Below are positions 37,040-52,119 of a stretch of DNA of 64,000 bases, one piece after another. Each line of letters starts with the position of its first letter. Position 1 is the stretch's first letter. Location: the NCBI GenBank assembly GCA_951406725.2, contig OX597814.1, positions 96,782,001 through 96,846,000 of the forward strand. The letters run 5' to 3'. Both the position numbers and the translations under genes were made by a program. The notes below the pieces were generated by a model. The model ran no database searches. It was not told the origin of the DNA and worked only from the letters and a program-made list of their open reading frames with translations. The stretch comes from Octopus vulgaris (Eukaryota).

Positions 37040-37340
37040 GATAGCAATGATACAGAGAAACAGGGTTGTGAGGACAGGATTGGGGAGTGAGAGGAAGGCT
37101 TAGTGTATGAAGGAGGAAATGTGAGGAACAGAAGAGATGTAGATTGGTTGGGGTAGGGTGTGTGAAAATTTTTCTTATTACATGTGTGTGGAACACAGAG
37201 GTCGGGGGGGGGCTAGTGGATAGCAATGATACAGTGAGATAGGGCCAAGATGACAGGATTGGAGAGTGGGAGGTAAGCATAGTTCATGAAGTGGAAATGT
37301 GAGGAAGAGAAGAGGTGTAGAGATGTAGTTTGGTTTGTTG
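37040..37340. repeat. Diverged tandem duplication (~180-bp period)
   Basis: GATAGCAATGATACAG...GACAGGATTGG...GGAAATGTGAGGAA recurs at ~37040 and ~37220. Confidence 0.75.
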
Positions 37341-38499
37341 TGGTAGGTTGTGAGAGAAGTATTCTCGTTAAGTGTGATTGGGACATTCAGTGCTTCTGGA
37401 ACTCAGACATGGACGGGTCATCTCAAGAACCTCATATCACCAGATGTCTTGGTCCGTTGTCATTTCTTCCATGAGGCCCAGTACCCAACATACTCTGTTA
37501 AGTGATTGGCATTAAGAAGGGCATTCAGCTGTAGATAAATGCTTTCAAAATATCACTCTTTGGTTTGACTTCACTATTACGACATATATGTACACACACA
37601 CACATACATTTACTTCCATATATATGTTTATATATACTCCATCTGGTGACATTGCAAGGCAATACACTGGCATAACAACAAGTAAACTTAAGATAAAATA
37701 TACACAACACATGCACTCTTTTAGGTGTTTGGATAGGGGAAGCATCACCTCTCCTTCCTTCTTCATCTGTAGATTCTAGAACCATCAAAGTGATTCTCTT
37801 ACACAACATCAAATAGAGTATCCTTGACATGGCCTCTTTGTACTCTTGGATATTATAGTCACCAGCATTGCCTTTGTGAGAAATTCCACATTCTCCATCA
37901 GCCCACAGCATCCATCAACAGAAAAAATAAACTGTCATTGTTACTACTAGAGGTATGCTCTGTTAATGACTATCAACCCTCTGGCTGCCAATAATCCTGA
38001 TATACCATCTTGCTGAGATGTACACAAAGGCAGAGTATACAATCACTGCAGCCTACTCATATTGGTCCCTGTCTTCAGTTGTGGCATAACTACTGTTGCT
38101 ACCATGTAATGACTGCTGCTGTTAATTTGCCCAAAAATGCCTGATACCCAATCGAAGAAACTAATATCACTTATTTATACCAAACTGCAGCCTGCTATCA
38201 AAATTGGTACCCATATCCTGCCAATATCTTTTCAGTATAACATGGACCAAAAATAAAGAAAATAGCTGATGTTGCATAACAACCACTTGCTTACAAGTCA
38301 CCAATTGAGGCCTAAGTCCCTAAAAGCCATTTTAAATTTCTTTCAAAGTCGCTGTTTTTGAACATTTGATGAGATGGATGTGTACCATGCACATATGAAA
38401 TTTTAAGCAGTGAGTAGCTGAGTCAAACTGTTTGTTGAGTGCACATGACCCCAATCAAATGTATTAAGTGTTCCTGTCTTTCATATGTTTACTCACTTG

Positions 38500-38568
<69 letters not shown>

Positions 38569-39040
38569 CTGATATATATGTGTATATAATGTATCTATAC
38601 TAAAATAGATATCTATAGTGAATATAAATGTATGTATATATTTGACGTATATATTATGCATATGCACACACATTGTAATATATATTATATATATATATTT
38701 AAGATAAATATATATATATGATATGTATATATTTAATTCATACATTTATTTAATTGATGTCTATATCATCATATAAATGTGTTTGTGTGTGTGCATTTAC
38801 CTTTGTATTTGTGTCTCCCGCTTTAATACATGACAGCCAGTGTTGATTTGTTTGTGTCCGTGTAACAGTGGTTCAATATAAGAGAATGACAGAATAAGTA
38901 CCAAACATAAAAAAAAAAGTATTGGGGCTGATTTGTTCAACTGAACCTTTGAAAGCAGCATCTCAGAATGGCCAGAGTCCCAAAACTGAAACAAGTAAAA
39001 GAAAAGATAAAGGCCTTATATATTTAACATACCTATGCAG

Positions 39041-39074
<34 letters not shown>

Positions 39075-39569
39075 TACATGCATATAAGAGTGACAACAGT
39101 TGCCATATGGCAAGATGAACAGTTTAGTGAGGTCAGGTTACATATCAGTTAACGTATCGAGCATGACTTTGTGGTGTAAATATAGCCTTGAAATAGTAAA
39201 CCACAGTGATAGTACATTTAATACAAAATAAAATTATACAGCCTAAATCTGTGCAATGACCAGCTGTGGCTAGGGTGGTAACTCCAGATTATCAGTAACC
39301 AATGGTTTGAATATCACTAAGAAGATGCTTCTTTGGTGACCATAACAGGGTATATATACATGTGTGTGTGATCATTTAACATCTGTTATATATGCTGGCA
39401 TGGGCTGGACGGTTTGATAGGATCCTGCAAGCTGTAGATCTGCACCAAGCTCCAGTGTTACTTTGGGCATATTTTCCACAACTCTAAAAACATATATATA
39501 TATATATATGTACGCACACAGACATATATATACATATCTATATGTTTATATATTTTACATACATATTAG

Positions 39570-40075
39570 AATAGAGTAGTTTGGATGAAGCATTGGGATA
39601 TTAAACTAAATTAAGGGGCCAAAACAATGCAAAATGGATGAACTACAGAAGTAAAAACAATGAAAGTTATTGTATTCCTTGAAATATTTTGGGGTTAAAA
39701 TCTCTTCATCAGGATATGTGAAGAAATGGGAGATGATATAGAGCTGTTATCTTTGCTCAGATATATGAGAGATATGTGCAACATGTGCAAACTAGTATTG
39801 TTATAATAACTAGTCTGCCTTATGTAGTTCTTGTCTGTTAATTAATGATGGTTTAAATTTATTAAGCTAGCTTCCTTGTTTCTAAGATTGCTACTTATAT
39901 TGTACTTCATGAGCCTGTTATTTCAGCAGATGTTTGTAAGTGTTTGTATGAACTTGTTCTTTGATATGGATGTGCAGCTTTCTGATGGTATTCCTGATAT
40001 AGATTGCACTACATTTGCTGCAGACCACTTCATGTATAATGTAGGTCCTCAAGTACATGTTTAAATTGGACAATG
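39570..40075 (-). mobile_element. PLE GIY-YIG end and pLTR, decayed
   Basis: YIIHEVVCSKCSAIYIRNTIRKLHIHIKE; downstream CTGATGA...(G)AAA hammerhead relic at ~39680-39715. Confidence 0.7.
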
Positions 40076-40817
40076 TGCACTTCTCATTACTCTAAGCAGG
40101 TCAATTCCATGACAAGGCTTTGGTTGGCCCGAGGTTAGAGAAGAAGACACTTACCCAAGGTGCCATGCAGTGGGACTGAATATGGAATCGTGATTGGGAA
40201 GCATGTTTTTTACCACACAGACATGCCTGCCTATGCATAATTTTTTTTTTTTAATCCAGAGGTACTATTGGCTCTGATGGGAAGGTTCCTCTTGGCCACT
40301 GTCTTATAAAAGTTGGTTTAAATGGAGCCCTTCTTTGTAATTCTTAGTTAGAAATCAAGCAAACACAGGAATTCAGATTTGTTGTGTGAGTTCCATCTTG
40401 AATTTGAGATGGTCATCAGCATTATTGGATTTCCCACGTATAATGACACCCTCCTCATAGGAGAAAGTGAGCATTAGGATGTCATCACATAAATGAAGAA
40501 GAAGGTTAAGGAGTAGCTGATGCTAAGAACTATGCACTCCAGTTTATCCATGTTTCTGATGACCAGCTGGCCTAATTGACTTGATCCCATCAGTAGACAT
40601 GTGATTTGTTTGTGCACCATACCATCATACTGGAAATATGTGTTACATGAGGATGGTCAGTCATTCATAGATGCCTGAGTATTTATGTGTGTTTGATCAA
40701 CTGAATTTTCTGCTAATTGAATTGGCATATAAATACCTGAGCTTTTCACAGCCACATGTTTCTATAACTAATCCTTAAGTGAAATTATTATGACACACTG
40801 TCTGACAAGGTTATATC

Positions 40818-41023
40818 TTCTATAATAATAAAAGTAAAATTTTATCTGTCTATCTAGGACTCCTGTATCTCAGCCTACATTTGCTCTACATAGCCATATC
40901 ATACTTTTTTGGAATCAGGATGATCTTGCGATTGAAAATCTGCCCTTCATTTCATTAGCGTTTGTCAGATGACATCTGAAATCAATGGGAGATAAATGAC
41001 ATTCACTTCATTAATTTTACGTC

Positions 41024-41030
<7 letters not shown>
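40818..41030 (+). mobile_element. Possible Helitron 5' fragment
   Basis: TCTATAATAATAAAAG...TCTGTCTATCT start resembles metazoan Helitron 5' termini; no 3' end found. Confidence 0.4.
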
Positions 41031-41066
<36 letters not shown>

Positions 41067-41069
<3 letters not shown>

Positions 41070-41275
41070 GCTGGCAGAAATGTTAGCATACCAGGCGAAA
41101 TGCATAGCAGTATTTTGACTGTCTTTACATTCTGAGTTCAAATTCCATCGAGGTTGACTTTGCCTTTCATCCTTTTTGGGGTCGATAAATTAAGTACCAG
41201 TTGTGTACTGGGGTCGATCTAATCAAATGGCCCTCTCCCCAAAAATTACGAGCCTTGTGCCTAGCGTAGAAAAGT
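41067..41275 (+). mobile_element. Family A SINE inserted in (TA)n
   Basis: Homology to 44-260. Confidence 0.87.
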
Positions 41276-42869
41276 GTATATATATATATATATATAACAT
41301 CTAACAAAGTGCTGCAACTTAAGTACCAAATTCAACCGAATCTTATATATATATATATACACACACACAAAATGGATGATAGTCACTAGAGCCATATTCT
41401 GCTCTTATGATAGGAAGGCATGAGTGCTATGCCTCACAGAAGCTTTTTGAGATCATTCAAGGAATGGTTCCTCTGCTGAATACACTATCCAAAATTTTGT
41501 TTCCCTGCAACCACACAACATTTAAAACATATAAGAGCTTCTAATCAATTCCCTACCCCTAACAACACACATCTCGCTAACACTTATTCTATGCATTATT
41601 CCATACACTCTCTTCATACCCTTCACATACTCACTATACATCTCCTACACCCCATCCCTATCAACATTGTACCACTTTCATCCTTATTCCTTACAATTAT
41701 TTTTACTGTAACCCTTTTTTGCACAATCATGCTTTTTACACAATTATTGTCTGATTTCTTTTTTTTTTTTTCTTTTTCACTCTTTCATTTTCTGTTATAA
41801 ACTCATCTATGCTCTCTAATATCATTGATCCTCTTCGTGTTTTCATTATTATTAGTCTCCCTTCCACCACACCACTTTTATAATTTCCTCAGAGCATTGC
41901 TTCACTGTCAGTTAAACCTTACTTTTCTAATCTAACTTATCCTACTTTCTTTATATTTCATACTTTTCCTAATATATCTTCTTACCTCAACTGCTTTCCA
42001 TACCAATTTCTGACCCAACTGTCTTCCCATATTTTACTTTCCTTATCTTATTTTCTTTATCTTAATACTTTCTTTTTTCTTCTCTTTTTATTGTGCATCT
42101 TTTTATTCTTCTCCTCCTCTTCCTCCTGTGCTACTTCCCCTTCCCTTTTGTTATCTTGCTTTTTTTTTCCATTCCTTCTTCTATAAACAACACTACTGCC
42201 CATTCACACCCCACTCATTATATCACCTAGTTATAATAAGCACTTTACATGACTTAACTTCTCTATTCTGTCTTACAATACCTGCTACTTCCCTTAACCT
42301 TTTACCTCTTAAATTCTTTTAAATTCATTCACCTTTTAACCTTTAAAATTTACTTTTAACCAGCTATCACCTCCCTACCACCCTATCACTCTCTACTGCT
42401 ACATTGTATACACATTTTTATCATTAATTTTTTACTACCCTTATAGTTTTTCAACAGCTTTTTCAAACGTCATCAGTAGCATAGGAACAATACCTATAAC
42501 TTCAATCTTCATCTATTTCTGTTTGCATTTCTATCTTACATTTGTAATCATCACTAGTCTTTTCTTAACCTAACTCTTCATTCATATTCCACTTAATTTA
42601 TTTTCCTCTCTATCTTTATTTCATTCTCTCCTCCTTTTCCCTCCCATCTTTCATCTTTATCATCACTTTTTTTTATTCTCTTCCCCATAAACAATGCTGC
42701 TGACCAAGATTCACCCCTGCCAAAAAGTATCCAGCTTATATCAAGACATATTCAGACCTGTAACATTCCAAAATCTGTTATCAATCCCTTTCAACTTTTA
42801 ACAGTCACCATTCACTCTTACCTTGCCATCCAATTGCTTCTGCCTTATTAGTGTCCTTTCACTCTACAC

Positions 42870-43134
42870 CTGTGGTTCCCAAAGTGGGCAGTACTTTCCC
42901 CTTGGGCGGGGGGAACGTTGAAGAAAACTCGGGTAATAGTGGGTTGGCCAAAAGAGACCAGTGGATGTAAAAAAAACTTAAGTAACAGATTAATTAAGTT
43001 AAGTTTTATTTGCGAAATACAGTTGTTTTGAAATTGCTGTAGAAAGTGATCTATGTTGGTGAGTTGGGGGATGCACTATGAATGTAGCCTGAGTTCCAAG
43101 GGGGTGGCAGCCTGAAAAAATTTGGGAACCACTA
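42870..43134. mobile_element. hAT/Charlie-type MITE
   Basis: TIRs CTGTGGTTCCCAAA / TTTGGGAACCACTA; degenerate 8-bp flanks CTCTACAC / CTGTAGTC resemble the NTCTAGAN target. Confidence 0.72.
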
Positions 43135-43779
43135 CTGTAGTCCTTAACTCATAGAATTGTTTCTATCATTTATTACTTAATATGAATGTACCAGCTGACC
43201 ACGTGCTGTCAATAATGACAGCTAATTGTAATATTTTCTATATAAATAAAGTACATAATAATCACACATACAAACATTCACATACTACCCATATATACAT
43301 ACACACATGTACTCAGAGTTGAAACGCTGATTTTGTTTTTTCACTCCTTCCTTCCTTATTCATCTATCACCCCTTCCTTTCACTCATTGCTATTACTTTC
43401 TCTCACTCCCTCTCAATCAGGGCTATTACTCTCACTACTTCTCCTTCACTGAAAATTACTAGTATTAGTATCTTCATTGTATCCATTACCCTGTTCTTTC
43501 TTCCATCAAATTTCTGTGCTTATAGTATATACAGATCTCATATTTGTACATTTTATTAATCTTTGAAAAGAAATCACTTGGAAAATATACCTATGTTATA
43601 AGCAGACCATAAACACCACATCTATTTTCCTTTTTTGACTGGCTAAATCTGGGAGAAGGGCTAATACTCAAAACCTTCACAGGCTTTCATAGACAACTGA
43701 GATTATTACCATTAATGTTTTGTTGGGATATTGCAAGTAAACAAATGTAGGAGGAAACACTTGACCAGAGAATGGATAA

Positions 43780-44130
43780 CAGTGCAAATGGTGTTTCCAA
43801 CTCCTTAATTCCCACACAAAACACTGCACCCAATTCTTACAGTAATAAGCAAATGACATTATTTACCAATGTAATGTGAAAACAAATTACCATGAAAGCA
43901 TGCAATGATATAAATTCATAAACTCCATTTAAAATAAGATTCAATTTACATAAACACACTTTTAGAAGTCTCAATATAACTAAATGTCACAAGCTGCATA
44001 CATCTAAGAAATTAAAACCAAATCACTACCATTCCAGTTCAGTTAAATTCCTGAAGAAAGCAAAATCTTCTTGTGGCATGAAACCCTTAAATGTTTGTAC
44101 AGTCAGGAGTCAAACTGTCGGAAAATTTTC
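43780..44130 (+). mobile_element. Decayed Naiad-like PLE GIY-YIG fragment with hammerhead relic
   Basis: IIYQCNVKT...TPFKIRFNLHKHTFR; CTGAAGA...GAAAC...GTC at ~44051-44105. Confidence 0.6.
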
Positions 44131-45349
44131 CTCTTTTATAACTAAGATTCTTAGGAGATATCATCACTTTAAGCCAATTAAACCCAGATTGCTTCTGAAT
44201 TGTTTGTTGCTGCCTGTTACAACTCTATCTTAATTATAAACAGATTTCTTGTCATTTATTCATTTCTTAATCTTCTGCATAAATTTTTATCCTTTTCTTT
44301 TTTTATCTAAATTCTGTATCTTTAGTTTATGTATATTCTTTTCTACACATCTACTGTACTACCTTTTGATTATCCCTTTATCCTTTATAACTATTTTCCC
44401 AAATACTGATCATTATTATTATTTATTAATACTTTCATCACTCAGGTTTTCCCATGTCTTTAACCATTCTTTCTCATACAGTCCTTTAATGCCTCATTTC
44501 CTGTAATCCATTATTTAATTTAGCATAGCTTATTTATTCCCTCTATTATTATTATTGCCATTGTTGTAATTATTATGCTTATCATCAACCTTATCTCCCT
44601 TTGCACTAGTATAATGTTCAGTATAGGTATTGATGTTACTTCCATTGCCATTACTCCAGGTGTGTTTACTACCATTGCTATAATGATGATGTTGCTGTTA
44701 CCTGCTGTGATAGCGACATTAACTAGTATTGTTTATCATTGTCGTTATTGTTATTATTCCTTTTTAGCTGTATTATTAGTCTTAATAATTATAACAATAA
44801 TAACGATGATGATGATGATAACAACAAAAAACTGATGTAATACAATACCAAGAAGTGTTTTCCCACTCCCAACAACAAAGAAAAACACACAATGCTGCAT
44901 GCACCCCAGCAACACACAGGTATAGCAGTAGAAATTTGCCTGAAACTAGCAAATGTTGAACAATGATAATAATAATAATTTCAAATTTTGGCACAAGGCC
45001 AGCAATTTCAGGGAAGTGGGTAAGTCGATTACCTCAACCCCAGTACTCAACTGATATTTATTTTATTGACCCTGAAAGGTTGAAAGGCAAAGTCAACCCC
45101 AACGGAATTTGAACTCAGAATGTAAAGATGGACGAACAACGACGACAACACTGCTGCTGCTGCTAATTTTTTTTTTTAGCCACTTGGGCATAGATGAGGT
45201 GGGACATCACAAGGACAGGCAACAATTTATATGGGAATTTACAGAAAGGATAGGGAGAAAGAAATGGAAAAGACAGTGAAATGTGGCAAAAAGTAAATAT
45301 AGTATACAAAGTATGTGATATTATGATACAGGAGAAACTCCAACTAGGG

Positions 45350-46130
45350 GTCAATCAAAGAACCCTACAGATGCAAGATCCAAGATTACACTGCTTATGA
45401 GCCCTTTCTCCTGCTTTCCAATCTACAGGTGCATAGAATAGGGCCATTCACTCTAACCATTTTTGACACCCATCTTTTCAAAAATTCACTGGGAGGTAAC
45501 ACTTCACTTTCCATTCTCCCTTTCCTTTCCAAGTGGATCTTAAAAAGTCAATGAGAGCTTGACTGAAGAGGAAGGTGCCTTTCTTCAACTCTTTCAGCCT
45601 CACCCACCACACAACACAACCTCTTTTGCCATGGCCACTAAACTGAGGAACACCACCTGTGTTGCCTTATTAAAGGATTCATCTCATATGTGATAACAGC
45701 TGTTTGACATATCTCCACAATTCAGTAATACTCGGACACAACATGAGTGAATGCAGAACAGTTTCTTCACTCTGCATGCATCTTGGACAGTCCCACCTGG
45801 CAGTGCTTCCATGCCTATAGAGTTTATCTCAAACTGGTACTGCTCCTCTGTAGCAGTGCCAGGCCAGGGATTTCTGGAAGTTATCTTTGGCAGTACTGGG
45901 CCTGAAAATCCTCTGAAACAGACCAGCTAGTTCATCCTTGTTGATGCCTAGAGTTTCCTTGAGTACACATCACTCTTACCCACCACTAGATTTCTAAATA
46001 TATCTACTGTAGAACTTCCACAACTGTATTGCCTAGGAAATCCACCAACTGTATTGCTCTGACTGGTAGAGAGCAGTGAGTACCTGATGACATCCCAAAT
46101 GCCAAACCGTCTACAACAAGCACCAAGAGA
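45350..46130 (-). mobile_element. Tx1/L1-clade LINE 3' fragment with zf-RVT finger
   Basis: DNFQKSLAWHCYRGAVPV*DKLYRHG...DCPRCMQSEETVLHSLMLCPSITELW...VVWWVRLK. Confidence 0.8.
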
Positions 46131-46589
46131 TTATCTTCTAACAAACACTCATATGTGCATGTGTGCACTTACACACACACACAGAAGCCTGCATGCAAAC
46201 AATTTATATATGCTCACATATCAAATTCAAGCACATGCAAACATCCACCTTCAGGCATATCCACAAACTTACCTAGGTTATTTACCTAGGTTATTGAGAG
46301 GTACAGGGATGGGAAAAGAAGAATAGTCAACACATGTACTAGTACACATATCCACACACACACACGTATACATGCACATACAGGCACACACATTTATTGT
46401 CCACCAAGACGGTGAAGCTATGACTGGATAAAACTAATAGCTGGAAAAAGAAAAGAAGTAGAAAAAACATAGAAATGGTATAGCAATTGTCAAATGGTAA
46501 TGAAAAAGAAATAAATTAATCTGTTGGTGTGGGGGAGCAAAATGAGCAATTAGTTATCACATAATATTACTACTACTACTACTAAATTT

Positions 46590-47702
46590 TTTTCCTGATT
46601 TTGGCAGGAGGCCAAAAGTTTTTAGCAGTCATGGGATTAAGGTGAGATGTTAGTTAATTGCATTGACCCCAGCAGAATTTGAACTCAGAATGTAAACAGT
46701 CAGAAGAAATACTGATGAACATTGTGTCTGACTTGCTAACAATTTTTCCAGTTTGCCACCTTCATAGAAGAAGAGGTGGTGGTGGTTTTAAATTTGGGGA
46801 TAGGACTAGAAATTTTAGATGGAAGGGTTTAGTCATTTTCATTGACCCTGATATTTAACTGGTACTTTATTTTATTGAACCTGTAAGGATGGATGGTATA
46901 CTTGACCTCAGCAGGATTTGAACTCACACCGACAGCAATGCTGCTAAGCATTTTGTCCACTGCACTGACAATTATGCCAGCTTGCCACCTTAATATTTCA
47001 AGGTTTCAAACTTTGGCACAAGGCCATTAGTTTTTAGAGGTATAGGGTAAATCAGTTACATCAACCTCAGTACTTGACTGATACATATTTTATCAATCCT
47101 GAACTGATGAAAGATAAAGTTGACCTTCTCGGAATTTGAACTCAGAACGTTAAGGCTAAAGAAATGCCACTAAGCATTTCGTTCAGTATGCTAACAGTTC
47201 TACTGACTCACCGCCTTCACCACTTTAGTAATAATAATGGTTTTACATTTTGGCACAAAGCCAGCAATTTTGAGGGAGTGGGTAAGTCAATTACATAGTC
47301 TCCAGTGTTCAACTGGTACTTATTTTATCGACCACTGAAAGTACAAAAAGCAAAGTTTGCCTCAGCAGAATTTGAACTCAGAAATGTAAATATATATGGA
47401 ATACTGCTAAGCATTTTGCCCGGTGTGCTAACAGCTCTACCAGCTTTCCACCTTAACCTTGGTAATAATCCTTTCTATTATAGGCATAAAGAAATTTGGG
47501 GGAGGGGGATAGTTGATTACATTGACCCCAATACTCAACTGGTACTTAATTTAGTGACCCCAAAAGGATGAAAGGTAAGGTCCACTTTGGCACAATTTGA
47601 ACTCAGAACATAGTGACAAGCGAAATACTGCTAAGCATTTCGTCCAGGGTGGTAACAATTCTGCCAGCTCGCTGCCTTAACCTTGGTAATAATAATAATA
47701 AT
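46590..47702 (-). mobile_element. Head-to-tail array of ~5 diverged family A SINEs
   Basis: TTTGAACTCA B-box recurs at ~46678, 46917, 47136, 47370 and 47596 (~220-240-bp spacing), all in the same orientation. Confidence 0.87.
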
Positions 47703-48693
47703 AAATGATTAAAGATAGCTGATATAAAAAAATATACAAATATTACCTATGATAATAACAAATACTAGTTAAAACTAATCTTGATAATACCAGTTGATAG
47801 TAATGTGATGCCACTAAAATAAGTAGCAGTAATAAATAAGAGCAATAATAATAAGAATTGAAAAAAATGAAAATGAAGATTCTATTAATAATAATTATTA
47901 CAATAATGATCACATTAGTACCAAAATAAAGAATTGAGGCAATAATAATAATGATGATGATGAGGATGAGGATGATTTGTTGTATTTGCCACCAGGGCAC
48001 TGAATGAAGGAGATAATACAAAGACAGACATGAAGTGTCAAGATTTACATAGGATCGAATGATTTAAGAAATGAAAAATGAAATGTAAGTATAGGTAACC
48101 TGCTAAGTTGACTTAGATAGGACTCATAGTAATAATAATAAAAATAATTATAATGGCTCCAAATTTTGGCACAAATACTAATAATAAGCAATAATGAACA
48201 TGAAATTAATAGTAATATTAATAATAATCAGATTCTGAATTCTGATCATAATAACAGTAACAACTGGCAAATCATTAAGTAAGTGAATCGCTCAGTAGTG
48301 GCAACATACATTACAACAGTGATATAGATAATAATAGAAAGTACTAGAATCAACCATAAAATCGGTGCCAATGACCTGTGGGGTGAAGCTGTTTAGGAAG
48401 GAGAGGAAGAAATGGTCCATACAAAAATGAAGGGTCTGTCCCCAAAATTTGTCCCTGCAAAAGGGTTCAAAGTTGAAGTGAAATAAAATGGTCTAACAAG
48501 GCACAACAGAGTGAAAAAAGAGTAAAGTGGGGGTGGTCCTGACAAGAGCTGATCTCATAGGGGCAAGATGGGCCAGGGTGGTTCTGTGAAGTGGGGAAAA
48601 GACAAAGCAATATAGAGAAGGTGGTCTGTCAAAGTGACCCTGTGAGTCGGTATGGTCTTATGAGGGAAGTCACAAAAAGTTAAAGGCAACCCA

Positions 48694-48724
<31 letters not shown>

Positions 48725-49438
48725 TACACATGCAAATATATATATATATATATACATACACACATATATATATATACACACACACACATATATACATACA
48801 TATATATGTAAATATATATATATATATATATCCAAATATATATACATACATACACACACACATCCTCTGCTGTTGTACCTCCAGTCATTACTTCATTCCA
48901 TTTTGTCTGCCATCATGTTCTTGTTCCTTTTTTCATCCACACATCCTGACCCTTCTTCTGTCATTGCTATGTCTCCTGAGTCACATTGCCTTCTGTTATC
49001 ACTCTATTCTCTTAGTCTGTTACTTTACATGTACATCTATGCCTCTGTCTAAGAATACCGAATATACCTAAATCTTGTCCCTCTATCGCCTATTACTGCC
49101 GCTTCCATCAGTCCTTCCATCAGTCTCTCTGTGAAGTAGTTTGCAAGCAAGCAATGACATAAGGTCGAGAGGACCTTTTAATCTTGTGGTGGGCATGGTT
49201 ACCTCTCTTGCGATGGTGTCACAAAATAATGCACCAAATACACTCTTATACACTGATTCGTGTTTGTAAGAGCATCTACCTCTAGACTCCAGGCCGAAAG
49301 TGACATGCGGTCCTTTGACACGTCTGGGTGGACACAGAATCTCTGAATATATGCTGACTCCAACAGTGACCACCCGCCTCAAACCATGACAGCTATGAAA
49401 GCAAGCATAAAAGGATGATATTTATTATTTATGTGTGC

Positions 49439-49480
<42 letters not shown>

Positions 49481-52065
49481 GCATACATATATATGTATAA
49501 TGTGTACATAAATATTTTTTGTGCAAAATATTTTTACATATTTTTATATATTCTATCATGGTGATAAGGCTTTGTATTGACAATTTATTAACACTTACTG
49601 CTTTCCTCGTGGCACATGCTTGATATATGTGTATATGTACATTCACAGCCATATGTATATTTACAGATAGTTTGCTAGGTGTATATGTTGTACAACTGAA
49701 GATTATGTCAGATCGTAGTTAATGTTTACATTAATTTTAAATAACGATGATTTTTTTTTTTTTTTTCTGAATGTTGTTGTCCTATTCTTCGTAATTGGCT
49801 GTTATCCTAAAAAAACTTCCTACGATAACTTATATTCATTCAATAATAAACGTTAGTATAACGAATAGACATTTGCGTAATAGGAGCCCTCGAAGGATCG
49901 TCTTCGTTGTTGCCCCTCCTGCTAAAATTAGCTACAAATCTCCCTAAAATCACATCCAACCGTCTTCATTAAAGAAATTGCATGTGGATTACGTATTCCA
50001 TGTGTAAATATACATAGACAAAAGATGAGGTGGTCACGCTTGGAATGCTTTGGGTCTTCGGTCAGCTGAATCAGCACCGTTTGGGGTAACAACAAATGAA
50101 TACATATTAAAAACGTGTAACGATAAGAAATATACATGTCTGTTTAATTCTTCTTTTGAGTTAAAATAATGTAGTAAATCACTGTTTTTGGAAGTGTAGT
50201 GTAAGATTGATTTAATCAATCACTGTTATATAAGTGGTATTTCAATATCGAATCGCAGTTTTGAAAAGGCAAAGAGAAAGACATCTCACTTTCCCTGCAT
50301 GTAGACGATTTTAAATATAGTAAGGAGGTTAGTTCGCTACTTTTCCATTTCTCTCAATTCCACCACTCAATTATATCGATTGCTAATTTTTATTGGTTAC
50401 CTACATTCATTGAGCAATTATGTTTCATTGTTTTGATACTGTCTAAAGGTACTGAAATCGCATTTTTTTTTCTCTCTTCAATGTCATTGTTGTTTCTTAC
50501 AGTTAAAGTTGATTTGATATATAATTTTTCAACTTTTTATTACTTTTAAAATATTAAAATTCCTTTTGTTACTTATTTCGTTGGGAAAATACAAATTTCA
50601 TTTGATTACACCTACATTGTCTTAGCAATTATTATTATTACCATGCGGTATGTATGTATGTGTATATATATATATTTACATTAAAACTCTTCTTAACAAG
50701 AGAAGTGAAAAGACACCCGAAAATTGCATAAATCGTTAGCGCTGTCTTTTAACTAATTCTACCACGTGTTATTCTATTTCTGTAAATAGCAATGCTAGTT
50801 ACTGTTGAATTGCGCACTCTGGTAAGCGTTAAACATTTAGGGATCCATCCGAAAGATACTTTTCAATAATCCTGTTACATATATACATACGTTTAACTTG
50901 TGTCTTAGCCCATTTAGTTCAAATAAATGTCAATAATGTAGTGAGGTTGATTTATTATATATTCTATTTTTACAAAAAAGGAATATTACCCCTTAAAGTG
51001 ATATCTCTTTATGGCATCAAGCAATTCGGTACTTGTTCCATTCTACACCGCATGAAGTAATTGCAGAATTTAATTGATTTCTTCCTGCGCAGATCTATCT
51101 CAATTCACATTTCCTTATTGGATTATATACGATTATCTGTTGTTTTCTTTCCATGTTAATGACTTTCAGTACATTTACTAGTAAGAACTATGTGTTGATC
51201 GGAACGTTTGCGGGTCAGCGTAAATAAATCACAGTTCTTGTATATACTGTTTTTTGATATTTTTTTTATGATCGATAAAATAATTACCAGTATATGAATT
51301 AGTTTGATCAACCTACAAAGAGATTAAGCTGTGTTTAGAGGGTGAAAAAAGACTGATAATTTTTAGTTCTCATTTTGCAAGAAATATTTTATACTATGCT
51401 ATTTATTTGTAAAAAAAAACAATTTGGTTTAAATACAAAAACTTATAGTTTCCTCGGGTTAGGATCATTAGAGAATGGTTACTTTGTGTTTACATTGGAG
51501 TTATACTAAACCCAATAAAAGAAATGTTAAACGGAGACAAAATCTGACGAACTCAATGAGAAAATATTTATCAACAAAATTATCATGAGGAAATATTTAT
51601 CAACAATATTATGTTTATCCAGTTACGTATTCGTCTTTTTGTATGCAAGTTGTGTAGAAGAAGCTACTCGAGTCTGTCCCTTGTTTTGGAATAAAATGAT
51701 ATTGTTGCTTATTCTCTAAATAGAATCCACGACCTGATTTCGATTCCCAGTTGTAGTTGTTTCAGTGCCTAGCAGCTCTCAATAATATCGGTCAAGCCGA
51801 AGCGCTTCTATATATTTTTATTTGTTGACACGGTGAAGTCATTGTTTTTATTAGGTTACTCTCGCAAATATTTACATACTAAACACTCGGTGATTGTTAC
51901 ACCTTCGAGATGATACAGGTGATTGCTGAAACTATTCTGTTCTTATGGAATAGAGTTGTGTGAAATAAAGCATGACCGCTTAGATACAATAGTATTTTTT
52001 TTTATACATGTCGACGCGCAACGTGATATAGCGAAGCATGTGCAAATTTGAAATAGTTCTGTGTG

Positions 52066-52119
<54 letters not shown>

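Noticed and set aside
40260-40620. Possible decayed LINE RT fragment on the minus strand
   Set aside because: Only a hint of a xxDD motif; too degraded to assign.
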